The translations under genes were made by a program, and so were the position numbers. Below the pieces are notes generated by a model, which was not told the DNA's origin, ran no database searches, and saw only the letters and a list, made by a program, of their open reading frames with translations. Shown here piece after piece: positions 50,911 to 61,254 of a DNA stretch of 64,000 nt; position 1 is the first letter of the stretch; each line of letters begins with the position of its first letter. The stretch covers positions 11,822 to 75,821 of the forward strand of contig JAIBAJ010000002.1 in assembly GCA_019695265.1 (NCBI GenBank), given 5' to 3'. Source of the DNA: Bacteroidia bacterium (lineage in GTDB: Bacteria; Bacteroidota; Bacteroidia; JAIBAJ01).

Positions 50911-52533
50911 TTATTTCGATCTAGGTTTTATCGCTTTTAGCTCAACTTCCTTATTTATAACAAAATAGGAGGTTTCCAAGGGTACCTCTAAGTTTTCGGA
51001 ATGAAACATGTACCCTTTGGCTTCGTAGCTGATATTGTATGTTTTGCCTGAATGAAGGATTAAAATAAATCTACCTGTTTTAGGATTAGGTCTGTAAATA
51101 CCATAGAGTTCATCATTTTGATTGACAGTGATGGTTACATCTGAAGGAATAACATCGTTTGCGCTGGTAATATATCCTCTATAAACGGTCAATGGAACTT
51201 CTTTTTCCATTTCCAGGCTAATCAAATATAAATCTTTTTCACCCAGTCCCCCAGCTTGACTAGAGGCGAAGTAGGCTCTTTTTCCATCAGGAGAGGTAGT
51301 AAAAAAGTATTCGTCATCAGCCGTATTAATTGGGAAGCCAATATTTTGAGGAGTGGTCCAGGTTCCTTCCGGCATTTTGTTTGAAAAGAAGATATCAAAG
51401 CCTCCTATGGAGCTATGTCCTCTAGAACTAAAGAAAAGAGTATTTCCATCCGGGTGAATAAAGGGTCCTTCTTCATCAAATTTGGTATTGATTTGGGGTC
51501 CGGCATTGAGAGGTAGTCCCCAATCTCCGGTAGGTAAGCGTTTAGAAATGTAGATATCCATTCCTCCATATCCACCTTCTCTATCACTAGTAAAATAAAG
51601 TGTATTTCCGTCTGCACTAACACTTGCATGAGTTTCTCTTGCTCCGGTATTTATTTGATTACCCAATTTAACCGGTTTGCCCCAGGTGTCCCCATTGAAT
51701 TTACTTACATAAATGTTTCCGTCTCCCATATCATCCCTGTAAATGAAGAGTTGTTCACCATCAGCCGAAAGTGAAATAGTGGCTTCATGGCCAACTGTAT
51801 TGATATTATCACCTATTGGAAGTGGTTTGGTCCATTGACCATTTACTTTGTTAGACACATAGATATCTTCGAAGTATTTACCATCATCAGCCAATTGACC
51901 ACCGGTTGAACCTTCCCGGCGAGAGGTAAAAATTAGGGTATTTTCCAAGGCGTCTAGAACCGGAGCATATTCATCGTATTTGGAATTTACAATTGGACCT
52001 AAGTTCTCGATTTGTGCTGTAGTTGGATTGGCAAAAACTTGTTTTGCATTGTTACACATTTCGATTTGTCTGTCAATATCTTTTAAGGTTTCACCATCAC
52101 TTGCCGGTACGTATTTTTTGTATTTATTATAGTTGGCAATAGCGCTATCTAATTTATAATCCAAATGATAAGCCCGAGCTAAATAATAAATAGTAATGAT
52201 CGGGGTTTTGGATTCTTTGTAATTCCATTCTTTAAAATTTGCATTAACAAATGCAGCTGCCTTAGCGAGGTATGGAATGGCTTTGTTTTTGGAACCGGAA
52301 GTGTTTAGATAAGCATAGCCGGTATAATAGCTGAAAACAGGATTTTTAGGGAATAAGCTATCCAGTGTATGTAAATCATTTAGAGCTGCTGCATAATTTC
52401 CATTATCTAAATTGGATTTAATGATGGGAACAACTTTTTGAGCATATTCCTCTTTTTCTACATAAACTTGGGAAAACAGGGTGGTGGTAGCTAGTAATGC
52501 ATAGAATGCAGTAAGCAGTAGCCTTTTTAGCAT
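50911..52533 (-). CDS. Secreted TPR plus PD40 (WD40-like beta-propeller) repeat protein
   Basis: Signal peptide MLKRLLLTAFYALLATTTLFSQ. The ORF is open back to 52587, but the third Met at 52533 precedes the signal peptide. TPR-like helices are followed by repeated PD40 motifs (DEYAPVL, HEATISLSADG, RETHASVSADG, DEEGPFIHPDG). Confidence 0.6.
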   Translation of the reverse strand: MLKRLLLTAFYALLATTTLFSQVYVEKEEYAQKVVPIIKSNLDNGNYAAALNDLHTLDSLFPKNPVFSYYTGYAYLNTSGSKNKAIPYLAKAAAFVNANFKEWNYKESKTPIITIYYLARAYHLDYKLDSAIANYNKYKKYVPASDGETLKDIDRQIEMCNNAKQVFANPTTAQIENLGPIVNSKYDEYAPVLDALENTLIFTSRREGSTGGQLADDGKYFEDIYVSNKVNGQWTKPLPIGDNINTVGHEATISLSADGEQLFIYRDDMGDGNIYVSKFNGDTWGKPVKLGNQINTGARETHASVSADGNTLYFTSDREGGYGGMDIYISKRLPTGDWGLPLNAGPQINTKFDEEGPFIHPDGNTLFFSSRGHSSIGGFDIFFSNKMPEGTWTTPQNIGFPINTADDEYFFTTSPDGKRAYFASSQAGGLGEKDLYLISLEMEKEVPLTVYRGYITSANDVIPSDVTITVNQNDELYGIYRPNPKTGRFILILHSGKTYNISYEAKGYMFHSENLEVPLETSYFVINKEVELKAIKPRSK

Positions 52534-52670
52534 GGTGATTGGGTTCAAATGGATAGGTCTACTTTTCAAATTTTTACAAATATCCAAATTAAATTATTTT
52601 AAACCAAATTGAAGGAAGTAGGTTACAAACAAAATGCTGTTTATCGAAGTTTCCTCTAAAGTAGAGAGTT

Positions 52671-53879
52671 TCATACTTCAAATGGAGGAACAATACTATC
52701 ATCAATTTGATTATTAATTTCTAGCTCTTCGGATGATTCATTTTTTTCATCCAATCGGCTTACACTTAAAATGATTCCTACTGCAATACTGGAAAACCAG
52801 ATAGAAGTTCCTCCCATACTTAAAAATGGAAGTGGTTGACCGGTTACCGGAAAAAGGTTACTTGCTACTGCCATGTTGATGAGTCCTTGAAAAATAAGAC
52901 TAAAGGTACATCCCATGGCTAGTAATGCACCAAAAGTATGATTGCATTTAATCACGATTCGAATTCCTCTAAAGAGAATAATCAGATACAAGAATAAAAC
53001 AAAGATTCCAAAAAATAATCCGTATTCTTCAATGATAATGGCGTAAATAAAATCTGAATAGGATTGAGGTAAAAAATACCGCTGGTCACTGTGTCCTGGA
53101 CCTTTTCCAAGCAACCCACCGGTTGCGATGGCTATTTTAGCTTGTTCTACCTGGTATTGCTCTTCTGAGTTGTCGTCAGAGGATTTTCCCTTCATAAAAT
53201 CTTCCACCCGTTGTTCCCAGGTCGCCAACCTAGGCATAGCTTGTGGAAATGCCTTTCCTAGTAAAACAATAAATACAATACCGGCCAAGGAAATACCTAT
53301 CATTTGAAATAAGTACCTGTAATTTAAGCGGCCGATAAAGAGAAGGATTAAACAGGTTACAAAAAGTACCGCAGCTGTAGAAAAATTGCTTCTTACAATT
53401 AATGCGCAAATTCCAAAAACAGGCAGCATGATATGTAATGCAACCCATTTGTTGTCTGATAGTTTTTCTTTGCTTCTACTCATAACCCTGGCGAGGTACA
53501 TGATCAAAGAAAGTTTGGCAATATCTGAAGGTTGGAAGGTTATATTGATGCCTGGAATTACCAGCCAACGACTTGCTTGGTTTATACTGGCTCCCATAAA
53601 AAAGGTCAAGAATAGAAGAAGTACACCTAACCCTATCCCTAGTTGAGAAAGTGGGGAGAAGTATTTATAAGGTATTTGGTGGAATGCCCACATTAGTCCA
53701 AGTCCAAAAACGATTATAAATATATGCTTATAAAGATAAAATTCGGTATTACCTGACTGATAGCGATAGGCCAGTGAGCCGGTTGAACTATAAACGGCTA
53801 AAATTGAAATTAAGGATAAAAGGAGAACTACCAGCCAAATGACTTTATCACCTTTCAAATATGTATCCAAGGAATTCAC
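52671..53879 (-). CDS. ftsW: SEDS-family peptidoglycan glycosyltransferase (FtsW/RodA/SpoVE)
   Basis: 402 aa with 10 TM helices and SEDS conserved blocks (LPFLSMGGTS). It is assigned as FtsW because it sits directly after a murD remnant. Confidence 0.75.
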   Translation of the reverse strand: MNSLDTYLKGDKVIWLVVLLLSLISILAVYSSTGSLAYRYQSGNTEFYLYKHIFIIVFGLGLMWAFHQIPYKYFSPLSQLGIGLGVLLLFLTFFMGASINQASRWLVIPGINITFQPSDIAKLSLIMYLARVMSRSKEKLSDNKWVALHIMLPVFGICALIVRSNFSTAAVLFVTCLILLFIGRLNYRYLFQMIGISLAGIVFIVLLGKAFPQAMPRLATWEQRVEDFMKGKSSDDNSEEQYQVEQAKIAIATGGLLGKGPGHSDQRYFLPQSYSDFIYAIIIEEYGLFFGIFVLFLYLIILFRGIRIVIKCNHTFGALLAMGCTFSLIFQGLINMAVASNLFPVTGQPLPFLSMGGTSIWFSSIAVGIILSVSRLDEKNESSEELEINNQIDDSIVPPFEV

Positions 53880-53885
53880 TAAAAA

Positions 53886-54440
53886 CTATATAGTCGAAAA
53901 AAGATTGCGAACTGCTTTTTTATATTTGTTACCTCGATCTTGGTAACTATCAAATAAATCGAAACTCCCGCCGGCTGGAGATAGTAATACAACATCCCCT
54001 TTTTGAGCCATTGCAAATCCAGCGCGAACTGCCTCTTCAGCCGTTGAAACGGAAATAATAAGGTCAACTGTATTGGTAAAGGAATGAAAGATTTTTTGGC
54101 TTTCTCTGGTAAGACAAATAGTACCTTTTACTTTGTCTTTAACTATTGCATCCAGATTAGAATAGTCGTTTCCTTCATCCAAACCGCCCACAATCCAAAT
54201 AATGGGTTTTGTCATTCGGTCGAGGCTATACCATGTTAAATCAACATTGGTAGCCTTGGAGTCATTAATAAACTCAATCCCTTTGAATTCACCAAGTGAT
54301 TCAAGGCGGTGTTCTGCATTTGGAATATCATCAACGCTTTCACGGATGATGCTTCTTCTGATTTCCAGAAATGTACTGAAAAGATCGGAACTTAACCCTA
54401 TTTCTTGTTTATCCATTAGGCAGTATTGGTAGAAAGCCAA
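53886..54440 (-). pseudogene. murD: Isolated C-terminal domain of MurD (UDP-N-acetylmuramoylalanine--D-glutamate ligase); the N-terminal two-thirds are missing
   Basis: 184 aa matching the Mur ligase C-terminal domain (HRLE...IEFINDSKATNVD...VLLSPAGGSFDLFDSYQDRG). Only 60 nt separate it from the upstream Hpt gene, so there is no room for the Rossmann and ATP-binding domains. Confidence 0.5.
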
Positions 54441-54500
54441 AGATAACTTAGGGTAGGGAAGAGGTTTTTAAGGGAAATAAAACTTGTTAACGAAGAAAAG

Positions 54501-54848
54501 TTAAAAAGCGCTAATTTGCTCTTTTAACTCATCAACCGCCTGATTTAATATTCGAACAGTCTTTTCTATCTGACTAGGAATTATTTCAAGGTTGATTTGA
54601 TTTAAAGAATTGTTTTCCAATTCTCGGATTTCGTCTTCCATTTCAACAATGCCAAAGAAAGTCATTGATGGTTTTATTTTGTGGGCGATGGATTTGATGG
54701 TTTGGTAATCGTGGTTGGCCAATGCGGTTTGCATTTTTTCCAAATTTCCGGGAGTTTCGTCAATAAAAGCCTCTGCTACTTCTTTAATAAATTCAGTGCT
54801 ACCGCCGGAAAGCTCATTTAAATAGTCAAGATTTGTTACCATTTTCAA
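54501..54848 (-). CDS. Hpt (histidine phosphotransfer) domain protein
   Basis: 115-aa four-helix-bundle-type sequence with IKSIAHKIKPSMTFFG, the phosphorylatable His context. Confidence 0.55.
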   Translation of the reverse strand: MKMVTNLDYLNELSGGSTEFIKEVAEAFIDETPGNLEKMQTALANHDYQTIKSIAHKIKPSMTFFGIVEMEDEIRELENNSLNQINLEIIPSQIEKTVRILNQAVDELKEQISAF

Positions 54849-54898
54849 TAGAATCTGGCACTTATACTTGTAAAAATAAAAAAGGTTATGGCCGAAAA

Positions 54899-55417
54899 TT
54901 ATGCTGCCGGTTGAGCTCCTGCGGCACTTGGTGCAGAAATGGTTTCTATATCACGATCAAATAAATACATACCGGCACTATCTTTTCCTATTAAATTTAA
55001 TTTGTCTAATACCGTTTTTGCCAGGTTTTCTTCTTCCAATTGTTCAGTGACATACCATTGTAAGAAGTTGTGGGTGGTGAAGTCTTTTTCCTGAAGACAT
55101 AATCCCACCAATCCATTTATTTCATTAGTTACTTGCCTTTCATGGTCTAGCACAAGTTGGAATAAATCCTTTACACTTTTAAAGGTTTTTGGAGGAAGTT
55201 TTGATCCCGGAGAAATACCATGTCCTCCCCGTTCGTTGATAAAGTGGATTAGTTTTAGCATATGTATCCGCTCCTCTTCTGCATGCTTATAAAGAAAACG
55301 GGATGTTCCTTCTAGTCCATTTACCTCCGCCCATGATGCCATAGCCAGATATAAATTAGAAGAATAAAATTCCATGGAAATTTGGTCGTTGAGCGCTTTT
55401 TCTATTTTTGAATTCAT
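54899..55417 (-). CDS. ftnA: Ferritin (non-haem, bacterial Ftn type)
   Basis: Ferroxidase-centre residues in LNDQISMEFYSSNLYLAMASW...EEERIHMLKLIHFINERGG. Confidence 0.9.
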   Translation of the reverse strand: MNSKIEKALNDQISMEFYSSNLYLAMASWAEVNGLEGTSRFLYKHAEEERIHMLKLIHFINERGGHGISPGSKLPPKTFKSVKDLFQLVLDHERQVTNEINGLVGLCLQEKDFTTHNFLQWYVTEQLEEENLAKTVLDKLNLIGKDSAGMYLFDRDIETISAPSAAGAQPAA

Positions 55418-55433
55418 CGGATTGCAAGTTGCG

Positions 55434-55441
55434 CAAAAATA
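55434..55441 (-). promoter_or_regulatory. Candidate Bacteroidetes -7 promoter element (TAnnTTTG) for the ferritin gene
   Basis: The coding-strand sequence TATTTTTG ends 16 nt upstream of the ferritin ATG. No clear -33 TTG was seen. Confidence 0.3.
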
Positions 55442-55673
55442 GAATTTAATCCTTTCCGGAATATAAGAATGTTCACTTAACCAAGGATTGATTTTCTAAG
55501 TATACTTGTTGGGAAATGCCCAAAATTACCGATTAAAATTTTCTTTCTTTATTTAGTAAATTTTGAAGATTATATCTGAGTTGAGTTTTTAAACTATCCC
55601 TTTGATTTTATGGTGCTATTTTTTGATTTTTATTACTTAAGTATTTGTTTATTTTTGCTGCATTAAGAAAAAA

Positions 55674-55789
55674 ATGAAATATCTTTATTTAAGCATTTGG
55701 GCTATCTTGTTTTTGGGTATAAATTTAGGCTATTCTCAATCAAAAAAAAACAAATTCATCAAAAGATTTGGAGTTAATATGGGGTGAAA
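55674..55789 (+). other. Short signal-peptide ORF (MKYLYLSIWAILFLGINLGYSQSKKNK...). It is out of frame with the downstream 509-aa ORF because of an A9 homopolymer at 55742-55750.
   Basis: Removing one A from the A9 run fuses the signal peptide in frame to ...TNSSKDLELIWGENF, the body of the downstream protein. Confidence 0.6.
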
Positions 55790-57297
55790 ATTTTAGAATC
55801 CCTAAGAAGCATTTCCAGTTAGATTTTACAGGCAATCCAGACGATGGTTATGTTAATATTTGCTGGAGGAATAAGAAAAGTATTGCACTTCAGCATTTTG
55901 ATAAAAATCTGAAATTTAAGAAAGAAGAAATTATTAGTAATAAGGAGAAAAAGGGTAGTATATTTGAAGGGACAGTAAAATTAAACGGTCGTTTTTTTAT
56001 TCGGCAGGTTCGCAGAGACAAAAAAGCCAACAAATCCTATTGTATTGTTCAAGAAGTTGATGTAAAGTCCGGCAAACTTTTGGCGGAAAAGGTTTTGTGT
56101 GAAGGAGAATATAGAAGTTCTAATTTTTATTACAAATCCAGCAAAGACAAGGATTATTTTATGGTGTATTTCACCAAGCCTAAAGAAAGCAGAAGGGATT
56201 CTAAAAATTTCGAAACCTATTGTTTTAGGGTGTTTGATATGAATTTAAATAAGAAATGGGGGAAAGATGTTAGGCTTCCGTACCCTGAATCTGAAATACG
56301 TGCACAAGAGTTTACTTTGACTTCCAAAGGGGAGGTGTATATGTTAATGAAAAAACACCAGGATAATGGAGGTAAGAAGTTGAAGGGTTCTAAGGATACC
56401 GATTTAGATGGAAAAGCTTCAAGTAACTTTGGTTTGGAATTATACAAAGTGGATCCGAATGATTTTGAAATGGATAAAATCAAAGTGAAGTTTAATCCAA
56501 AATACTACTATTCTACTGTTAAGTTTTTCGAAACCGATGTCAATCAACTATTGTTGATAAGCCTATATTCTTCAGCCAAAAATGATTCGTATGATGGTTT
56601 ATCGCTTATGACTTTTAATCCTGAAGCCGGAGAATTTGAAGAATCCCAATTGTATGAAATACCAACAGAATTAATTAAAGAGTTTGAAAGCGCTAAGGAA
56701 AATAGGAAGCGAGACAAAAAGGCTAAGAAAAAGGGTGATAATGATGAAGAAGCGGCTAGTTTGGAACTTAGGAGTGCAATTTTGGATAAGGATGGAAATC
56801 TCTACATTACTGCTGAGCAATATTATCTAGTTATTACCTCGCATACCCATACCGATGGCAAAGGTGGAAGTTATACTACCTATACCTATCATCACTATTT
56901 CCAGGATGTATATGTGTTTAAGATAAACAAGGAGAAGTCTTTGGAATGGGTAAAGAAAATCCCGAAAAATCAAGCTTCAGTTAATACTACCCGAACAATG
57001 GGAATTCACTCGATGGTATATAATGGTGATTATTATTTGGTTTATTTTGATAACACGGATAACTTGAAATTATCCGGCAGTAAAAGTCCATCGGTTTACG
57101 GACCAGGCAAAGGGATGCTATGTTACTCTAAAATAAATTCCGAAGGAAAAGTTCCGAAGGAAAAGTTGTTTGATATTAAAGAAGAAGAAAAGTACCTTGA
57201 AGTTACAGATTTCGAGCGAGTTGCCGAAGGAACTTACCTAACAACTGCTTATTTTAAGAAAGATAAAAACCCGGTAATTCTTAGGGTTAAAGATTAA
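55768..57297 (+). CDS. Lysine-rich hypothetical protein, probably secreted. The annotated start is a TTG; the natural N-terminus is likely the frameshifted signal peptide upstream.
   Basis: 509-aa ORF with a charged low-complexity stretch (KENRKRDKKAKKKGDNDEE). There is no in-frame signal peptide unless it is joined to 55674-55750 across the frameshift. Confidence 0.55.
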   Translation: MELIWGENFRIPKKHFQLDFTGNPDDGYVNICWRNKKSIALQHFDKNLKFKKEEIISNKEKKGSIFEGTVKLNGRFFIRQVRRDKKANKSYCIVQEVDVKSGKLLAEKVLCEGEYRSSNFYYKSSKDKDYFMVYFTKPKESRRDSKNFETYCFRVFDMNLNKKWGKDVRLPYPESEIRAQEFTLTSKGEVYMLMKKHQDNGGKKLKGSKDTDLDGKASSNFGLELYKVDPNDFEMDKIKVKFNPKYYYSTVKFFETDVNQLLLISLYSSAKNDSYDGLSLMTFNPEAGEFEESQLYEIPTELIKEFESAKENRKRDKKAKKKGDNDEEAASLELRSAILDKDGNLYITAEQYYLVITSHTHTDGKGGSYTTYTYHHYFQDVYVFKINKEKSLEWVKKIPKNQASVNTTRTMGIHSMVYNGDYYLVYFDNTDNLKLSGSKSPSVYGPGKGMLCYSKINSEGKVPKEKLFDIKEEEKYLEVTDFERVAEGTYLTTAYFKKDKNPVILRVKD

Positions 57298-58875
57298 TTA
57301 AAACTTCCTATTACTGCCTTCTCCCGGCGGGAAATCCAAAGAATAATGCAATCCGCGGCTTTCCTGCCTTTTCATGGCACAGCGAATAATAATGTAACTC
57401 ACATTAATCAAGTTTCTTAATTCGCATAACTGGGTAGATAAGGTGGTTCGGTTATATAGGTCTTCGTTTTCCTGGTAAATAATATTTAGCCTGTCTAAGG
57501 CTCTCTTAAGTCTAAGGTTTGAGCGAACAATTCCGACATAACTGCTCATTATTTGCTGAACCTCTTTTAAATTTTGGGTAATTAATACCATTTCTTCCGG
57601 ATAGGAAGTTCCGCTATCATCCCAGTTGGGAATTTGATTGTTAATATCGATAGTATCCAGGTTTTCAATGGCATCCATAGCTGCTTTATGTGCATAAACT
57701 ACAGCTTCCAGCAAGGAATTGGATGCTAAACGGTTGGCACCATGTAAGCCTGTGCTACTGCATTCTCCTGCCGCATATAGGTTTTTTATGCTTGAACGTC
57801 CATTTAGGTCAACTTTAATCCCGCCGCAGATGTAATGAGCAGCAGGTACAACCGGAATATAATCCTTTGCTAAATCAATTCCAAGACTTAAACATTTGGC
57901 GTAAATATTCGGGAAATGGTTCACGAGTCCGTGTTTGTCTAAGTGAGTGCAATCCAACCAAACATGGTCTTCTCCCGACATTTTCAATTCGTTGTCAATC
58001 GCTCTGGCCACAATATCTCGAGGAGCTAGAGAGCCTCTTGAATCATATTTGTGCATAAATTCTTGGCCATTTTTGGTTCTTAAAATCCCGCCATGTCCTC
58101 GAACGGCTTCACTAATTAAAAAGGAAGGACGTTCACCGGGATTATACAAGGAGGTTGGATGAAACTGAATAAATTCCATGTTTTCTACTCTCCCTTTTGC
58201 TCTGTAAACCATGGCAATTCCATCTCCTGTTGCAATTTCAGGATTGGTGGTACTTGTATAAACATTACCTGCTCCACCGGTAGCCATTAAAGTGGTTTTT
58301 GCTAATATGGTTTCTACCTTTTTTGACTTGATATTAAGTACATAAACGCCGAAGCACTGAATATCCGGAGTGTTTTTGTTTACTTCAACACCCAAGTGAT
58401 GCTGGGTAATAATATCAACGGCGAAATAATGATCAAAAATTTGAATATTCGGATGGTTCTTAGCTTGATTTAATAAGGCTCTTTCAATCTCAAACCCGGT
58501 TTTGTCTTTGTAATGAAGAATTCGTTTTTCACTATGACCACCTTCCTTGGCTAAATGGTACTCTCCCGATTCCGTTTTGTCAAATTGGGTACCCCAATCG
58601 GCAAGTTCTTTTACTCGTTCTGTTCCTTCATTGATAACCATTCTAACAACTGCTTCTTCGCAAAGTCCGTCTCCGCATTCCAGGGTGTCTTTTACATGTT
58701 TTTCATAACTATCGTGCTCATAAATTACAGCAGCAATACCTCCTTGTGCATATTTCGTATTGCTTTCATCTTCATTGGCTTTGGTAACCATTATTACCTT
58801 GCCTTTTTCTGCCACTTTTAGTGCATAGCTTAAACCGGCTATTCCTGATCCAATGATTAAAAAATCTGTTTTCAT
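57298..58875 (-). CDS. nadB: L-aspartate oxidase
   Basis: FAD-binding DFLIIGSGIAGLSYALK. The succinate-dehydrogenase/fumarate-reductase flavoprotein fold is seen throughout. Confidence 0.85.
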   Translation of the reverse strand: MKTDFLIIGSGIAGLSYALKVAEKGKVIMVTKANEDESNTKYAQGGIAAVIYEHDSYEKHVKDTLECGDGLCEEAVVRMVINEGTERVKELADWGTQFDKTESGEYHLAKEGGHSEKRILHYKDKTGFEIERALLNQAKNHPNIQIFDHYFAVDIITQHHLGVEVNKNTPDIQCFGVYVLNIKSKKVETILAKTTLMATGGAGNVYTSTTNPEIATGDGIAMVYRAKGRVENMEFIQFHPTSLYNPGERPSFLISEAVRGHGGILRTKNGQEFMHKYDSRGSLAPRDIVARAIDNELKMSGEDHVWLDCTHLDKHGLVNHFPNIYAKCLSLGIDLAKDYIPVVPAAHYICGGIKVDLNGRSSIKNLYAAGECSSTGLHGANRLASNSLLEAVVYAHKAAMDAIENLDTIDINNQIPNWDDSGTSYPEEMVLITQNLKEVQQIMSSYVGIVRSNLRLKRALDRLNIIYQENEDLYNRTTLSTQLCELRNLINVSYIIIRCAMKRQESRGLHYSLDFPPGEGSNRKF

Positions 58876-58878
58876 ACT

Positions 58879-59571
58879 TTAATTAAAATTCCAAAGAGTA
58901 CAAGCCACAACTCCTGCAGTTTCGGTTCGTAATCTAGAGTTACCTAATGAAATGGGTTGAAAGTTTCTTTCTATTGCCGCCTTGACTTCTTCTTCGGTAA
59001 AATCTCCTTCTGGTCCAATATAGATAGATGTGGCTTGATTGAGATCCTTAAAACCGGCTAGTGGTGAGCGCTCCAAATGACCAATGCAGTGTGCTATAAG
59101 TTTAATTGGATTGGAATCTGATAGACAATCCTTGAATTTTTTTTCTGAATTAAGAATGGGTAGATGCAATCTTCCACTTTGTTTCATAGCGGAAATAAGA
59201 ATTTTTTGCCACCTCTCATGCTTGGCAAAAAACTTTTCACTTCGCTGGGTAATCAGCGGAGTGATGGATCCAATTCCTATTTCGGTTGTTTTTTCTAAGA
59301 ACCATTCAAAACGTTCGGGATTTTTCGGCAATGCCATGAAAATGTGCAACAAGGGTGCTTGTAGTTCTTGCTGTTTCAATTGCAGTATCTCTGCCGAAAA
59401 ATCGTTTGGCTTACCCGATACAATTCGAGCATCCCATAAATCTCCTTTTCCGTTCGTAACCTGAATGATATCGCCTTCCCGATGTCGAAGCGTTTTTAAA
59501 GCATGCTGTCCTTCTTCCGGTGAGAATCGAAGAAGGTTTTGGCTCTGTTCTGTAGCGTAAAACAATGTCAT
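58879..59571 (-). CDS. rsmE: 16S rRNA (uracil1498-N3)-methyltransferase RsmE
   Basis: 230 aa with a PUA-like N-terminus, a SPOUT C-terminus and the GPEGDFT motif. Confidence 0.8.
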   Translation of the reverse strand: MTLFYATEQSQNLLRFSPEEGQHALKTLRHREGDIIQVTNGKGDLWDARIVSGKPNDFSAEILQLKQQELQAPLLHIFMALPKNPERFEWFLEKTTEIGIGSITPLITQRSEKFFAKHERWQKILISAMKQSGRLHLPILNSEKKFKDCLSDSNPIKLIAHCIGHLERSPLAGFKDLNQATSIYIGPEGDFTEEEVKAAIERNFQPISLGNSRLRTETAGVVACTLWNFN

Positions 59572-59625
59572 TCTAGTTTGCGAAAGTAGGTCGTTCGTAG
59601 GTATTTAAGAAAAGAAATTTGATAA

Positions 59626-60636
59626 TTGAATTTTGTTGGCTTTCTTTGTCCTCAAATTAAGATGGCTCGTAAACGAATATTAATTACCGGAGCGGCCGGG
59701 TTTTTGGGTTCTCACCTGTGCGATCGCTTTATTGCCGAGGATTTCCATGTGATTGGAATGGATAACCTGATAACAGGTGACTTGCGTAATATTGAACACC
59801 TTTTCAAACTGGAGAATTTTGAATTCTATAACCATGATGTAAGCAAATTTGTTCATGTTCCGGGCGAGTTGCATTACATCTTGCATTTTGCGAGCCCCGC
59901 AAGTCCAATTGATTACCTGAAAATTCCTATCCAAACACTTAAAGTGGGCTCCTTGGGAACCCATAATTTGCTAGGACTAGCTAAAGCAAAAGGTGCAAGG
60001 ATTTTAGTTGCTTCAACTTCCGAAGTTTATGGTGATCCCTTGGTGCATCCTCAAACCGAAGACTATTGGGGTAATGTTAACCCAATAGGTCCAAGGGGAG
60101 TTTACGACGAAGCTAAACGTTTTCAAGAAGCCATCACAATGGCCTATCATACTTACCACCAGGTTGAAACTAGAATCGTACGTATTTTTAATACCTATGG
60201 TCCAAGAATGCGACTAAATGACGGTAGAGTTCTACCTGCCTTTATTGGTCAAGCTTTGCGAGGTGAGGATTTAACCATGTTCGGTGACGGAAGTCAAACC
60301 CGTTCATTCTGCTATGTTTCTGATTTAGTGGAAGGTATTTACCGACTGCTTTTCAGCGACTATGCCTACCCCGTAAATGTGGGTAATCCAAGTGAGATTA
60401 CCATTAAGGAGTTTGGCGAAGAAATTTTGAAATTAACCGGAGCTAATCAAAAGCTCATTAGTCTGCCTTTACCTAAAGACGACCCAAAACAACGTCAGCC
60501 GGATATTACCAAAGCCAAATCCATTTTAGGCTGGGAACCCAAGGTAAGCAGAGCAGAAGGCCTTAAAATAACCTATGAATACTTTAAAAGTTTACCAACA
60601 GAAGAGTTATTTAAAAAGGAACATCGATTTTCATAA
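59626..60636 (+). CDS. UDP-glucuronate decarboxylase (UXS, SDR family)
   Basis: [19 protein letters not shown]...[10 protein letters not shown]...NFEFYNHDV, plus the YDEAK catalytic Tyr/Lys. Confidence 0.8.
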   Translation: MNFVGFLCPQIKMARKRILITGAAGFLGSHLCDRFIAEDFHVIGMDNLITGDLRNIEHLFKLENFEFYNHDVSKFVHVPGELHYILHFASPASPIDYLKIPIQTLKVGSLGTHNLLGLAKAKGARILVASTSEVYGDPLVHPQTEDYWGNVNPIGPRGVYDEAKRFQEAITMAYHTYHQVETRIVRIFNTYGPRMRLNDGRVLPAFIGQALRGEDLTMFGDGSQTRSFCYVSDLVEGIYRLLFSDYAYPVNVGNPSEITIKEFGEEILKLTGANQKLISLPLPKDDPKQRQPDITKAKSILGWEPKVSRAEGLKITYEYFKSLPTEELFKKEHRFS

Positions 60637-60646
60637 TTAATTAAGT

Positions 60647-61225
60647 ATGGATACTAATTTTACTGCCCACGAAAGCGCCTATATTGATGAAGGTTGCAAA
60701 ATCGGAAAGGGTACCAAAGTTTGGCATTTTAGCCACATCATGCCCAATTGTACCATTGGAGAGAATTGTAACATCGGTCAAAATGTTGTTATTTCTCCAG
60801 AAGTAGTGCTGGGGAACAATGTAAAAATTCAAAACAATGTAAGCATCTACACCGGAGTTACCTGCGATGATGATGTTTTTTTGGGACCTTCCATGGTTTT
60901 TACCAATGTTACTAATCCCAGAAGTGCGGTAAATCGCCGTAGCCAATATGCCAAAACCCATGTTGGTAAAGGTGCTTCTATTGGGGCAAATGCAACCATT
61001 GTTTGCGGACATGATATCGGCAAATTTGCCTTTATTGGTGCCGGCGCTGTAGTTACCAAAAATGTGCCCGATTACGCCTTAATGGTTGGTAATCCAGCCA
61101 AACAAATGGGCTGGATCAGTGAATTTGGTCATCGCCTAGCATTCAACGACCAAGGTTTGGCCATTTGTCCGGAAAGCAATCAAAAATACCAATTGAAAAG
61201 TGGTTTGGTTGCCCGAATAGATTAA
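60647..61225 (+). CDS. Hexapeptide-repeat N-acetyltransferase (WbpD/WlbB-like)
   Basis: 192 aa of left-handed beta-helix with hexapeptide repeats. It matches the Wbp pathway acetyltransferases in length and sits adjacent to a WbpB-like dehydrogenase. Confidence 0.65.
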   Translation: MDTNFTAHESAYIDEGCKIGKGTKVWHFSHIMPNCTIGENCNIGQNVVISPEVVLGNNVKIQNNVSIYTGVTCDDDVFLGPSMVFTNVTNPRSAVNRRSQYAKTHVGKGASIGANATIVCGHDIGKFAFIGAGAVVTKNVPDYALMVGNPAKQMGWISEFGHRLAFNDQGLAICPESNQKYQLKSGLVARID

Positions 61226-61254
61226 TTTTACATTTTATTTTATTCTGATTATAT

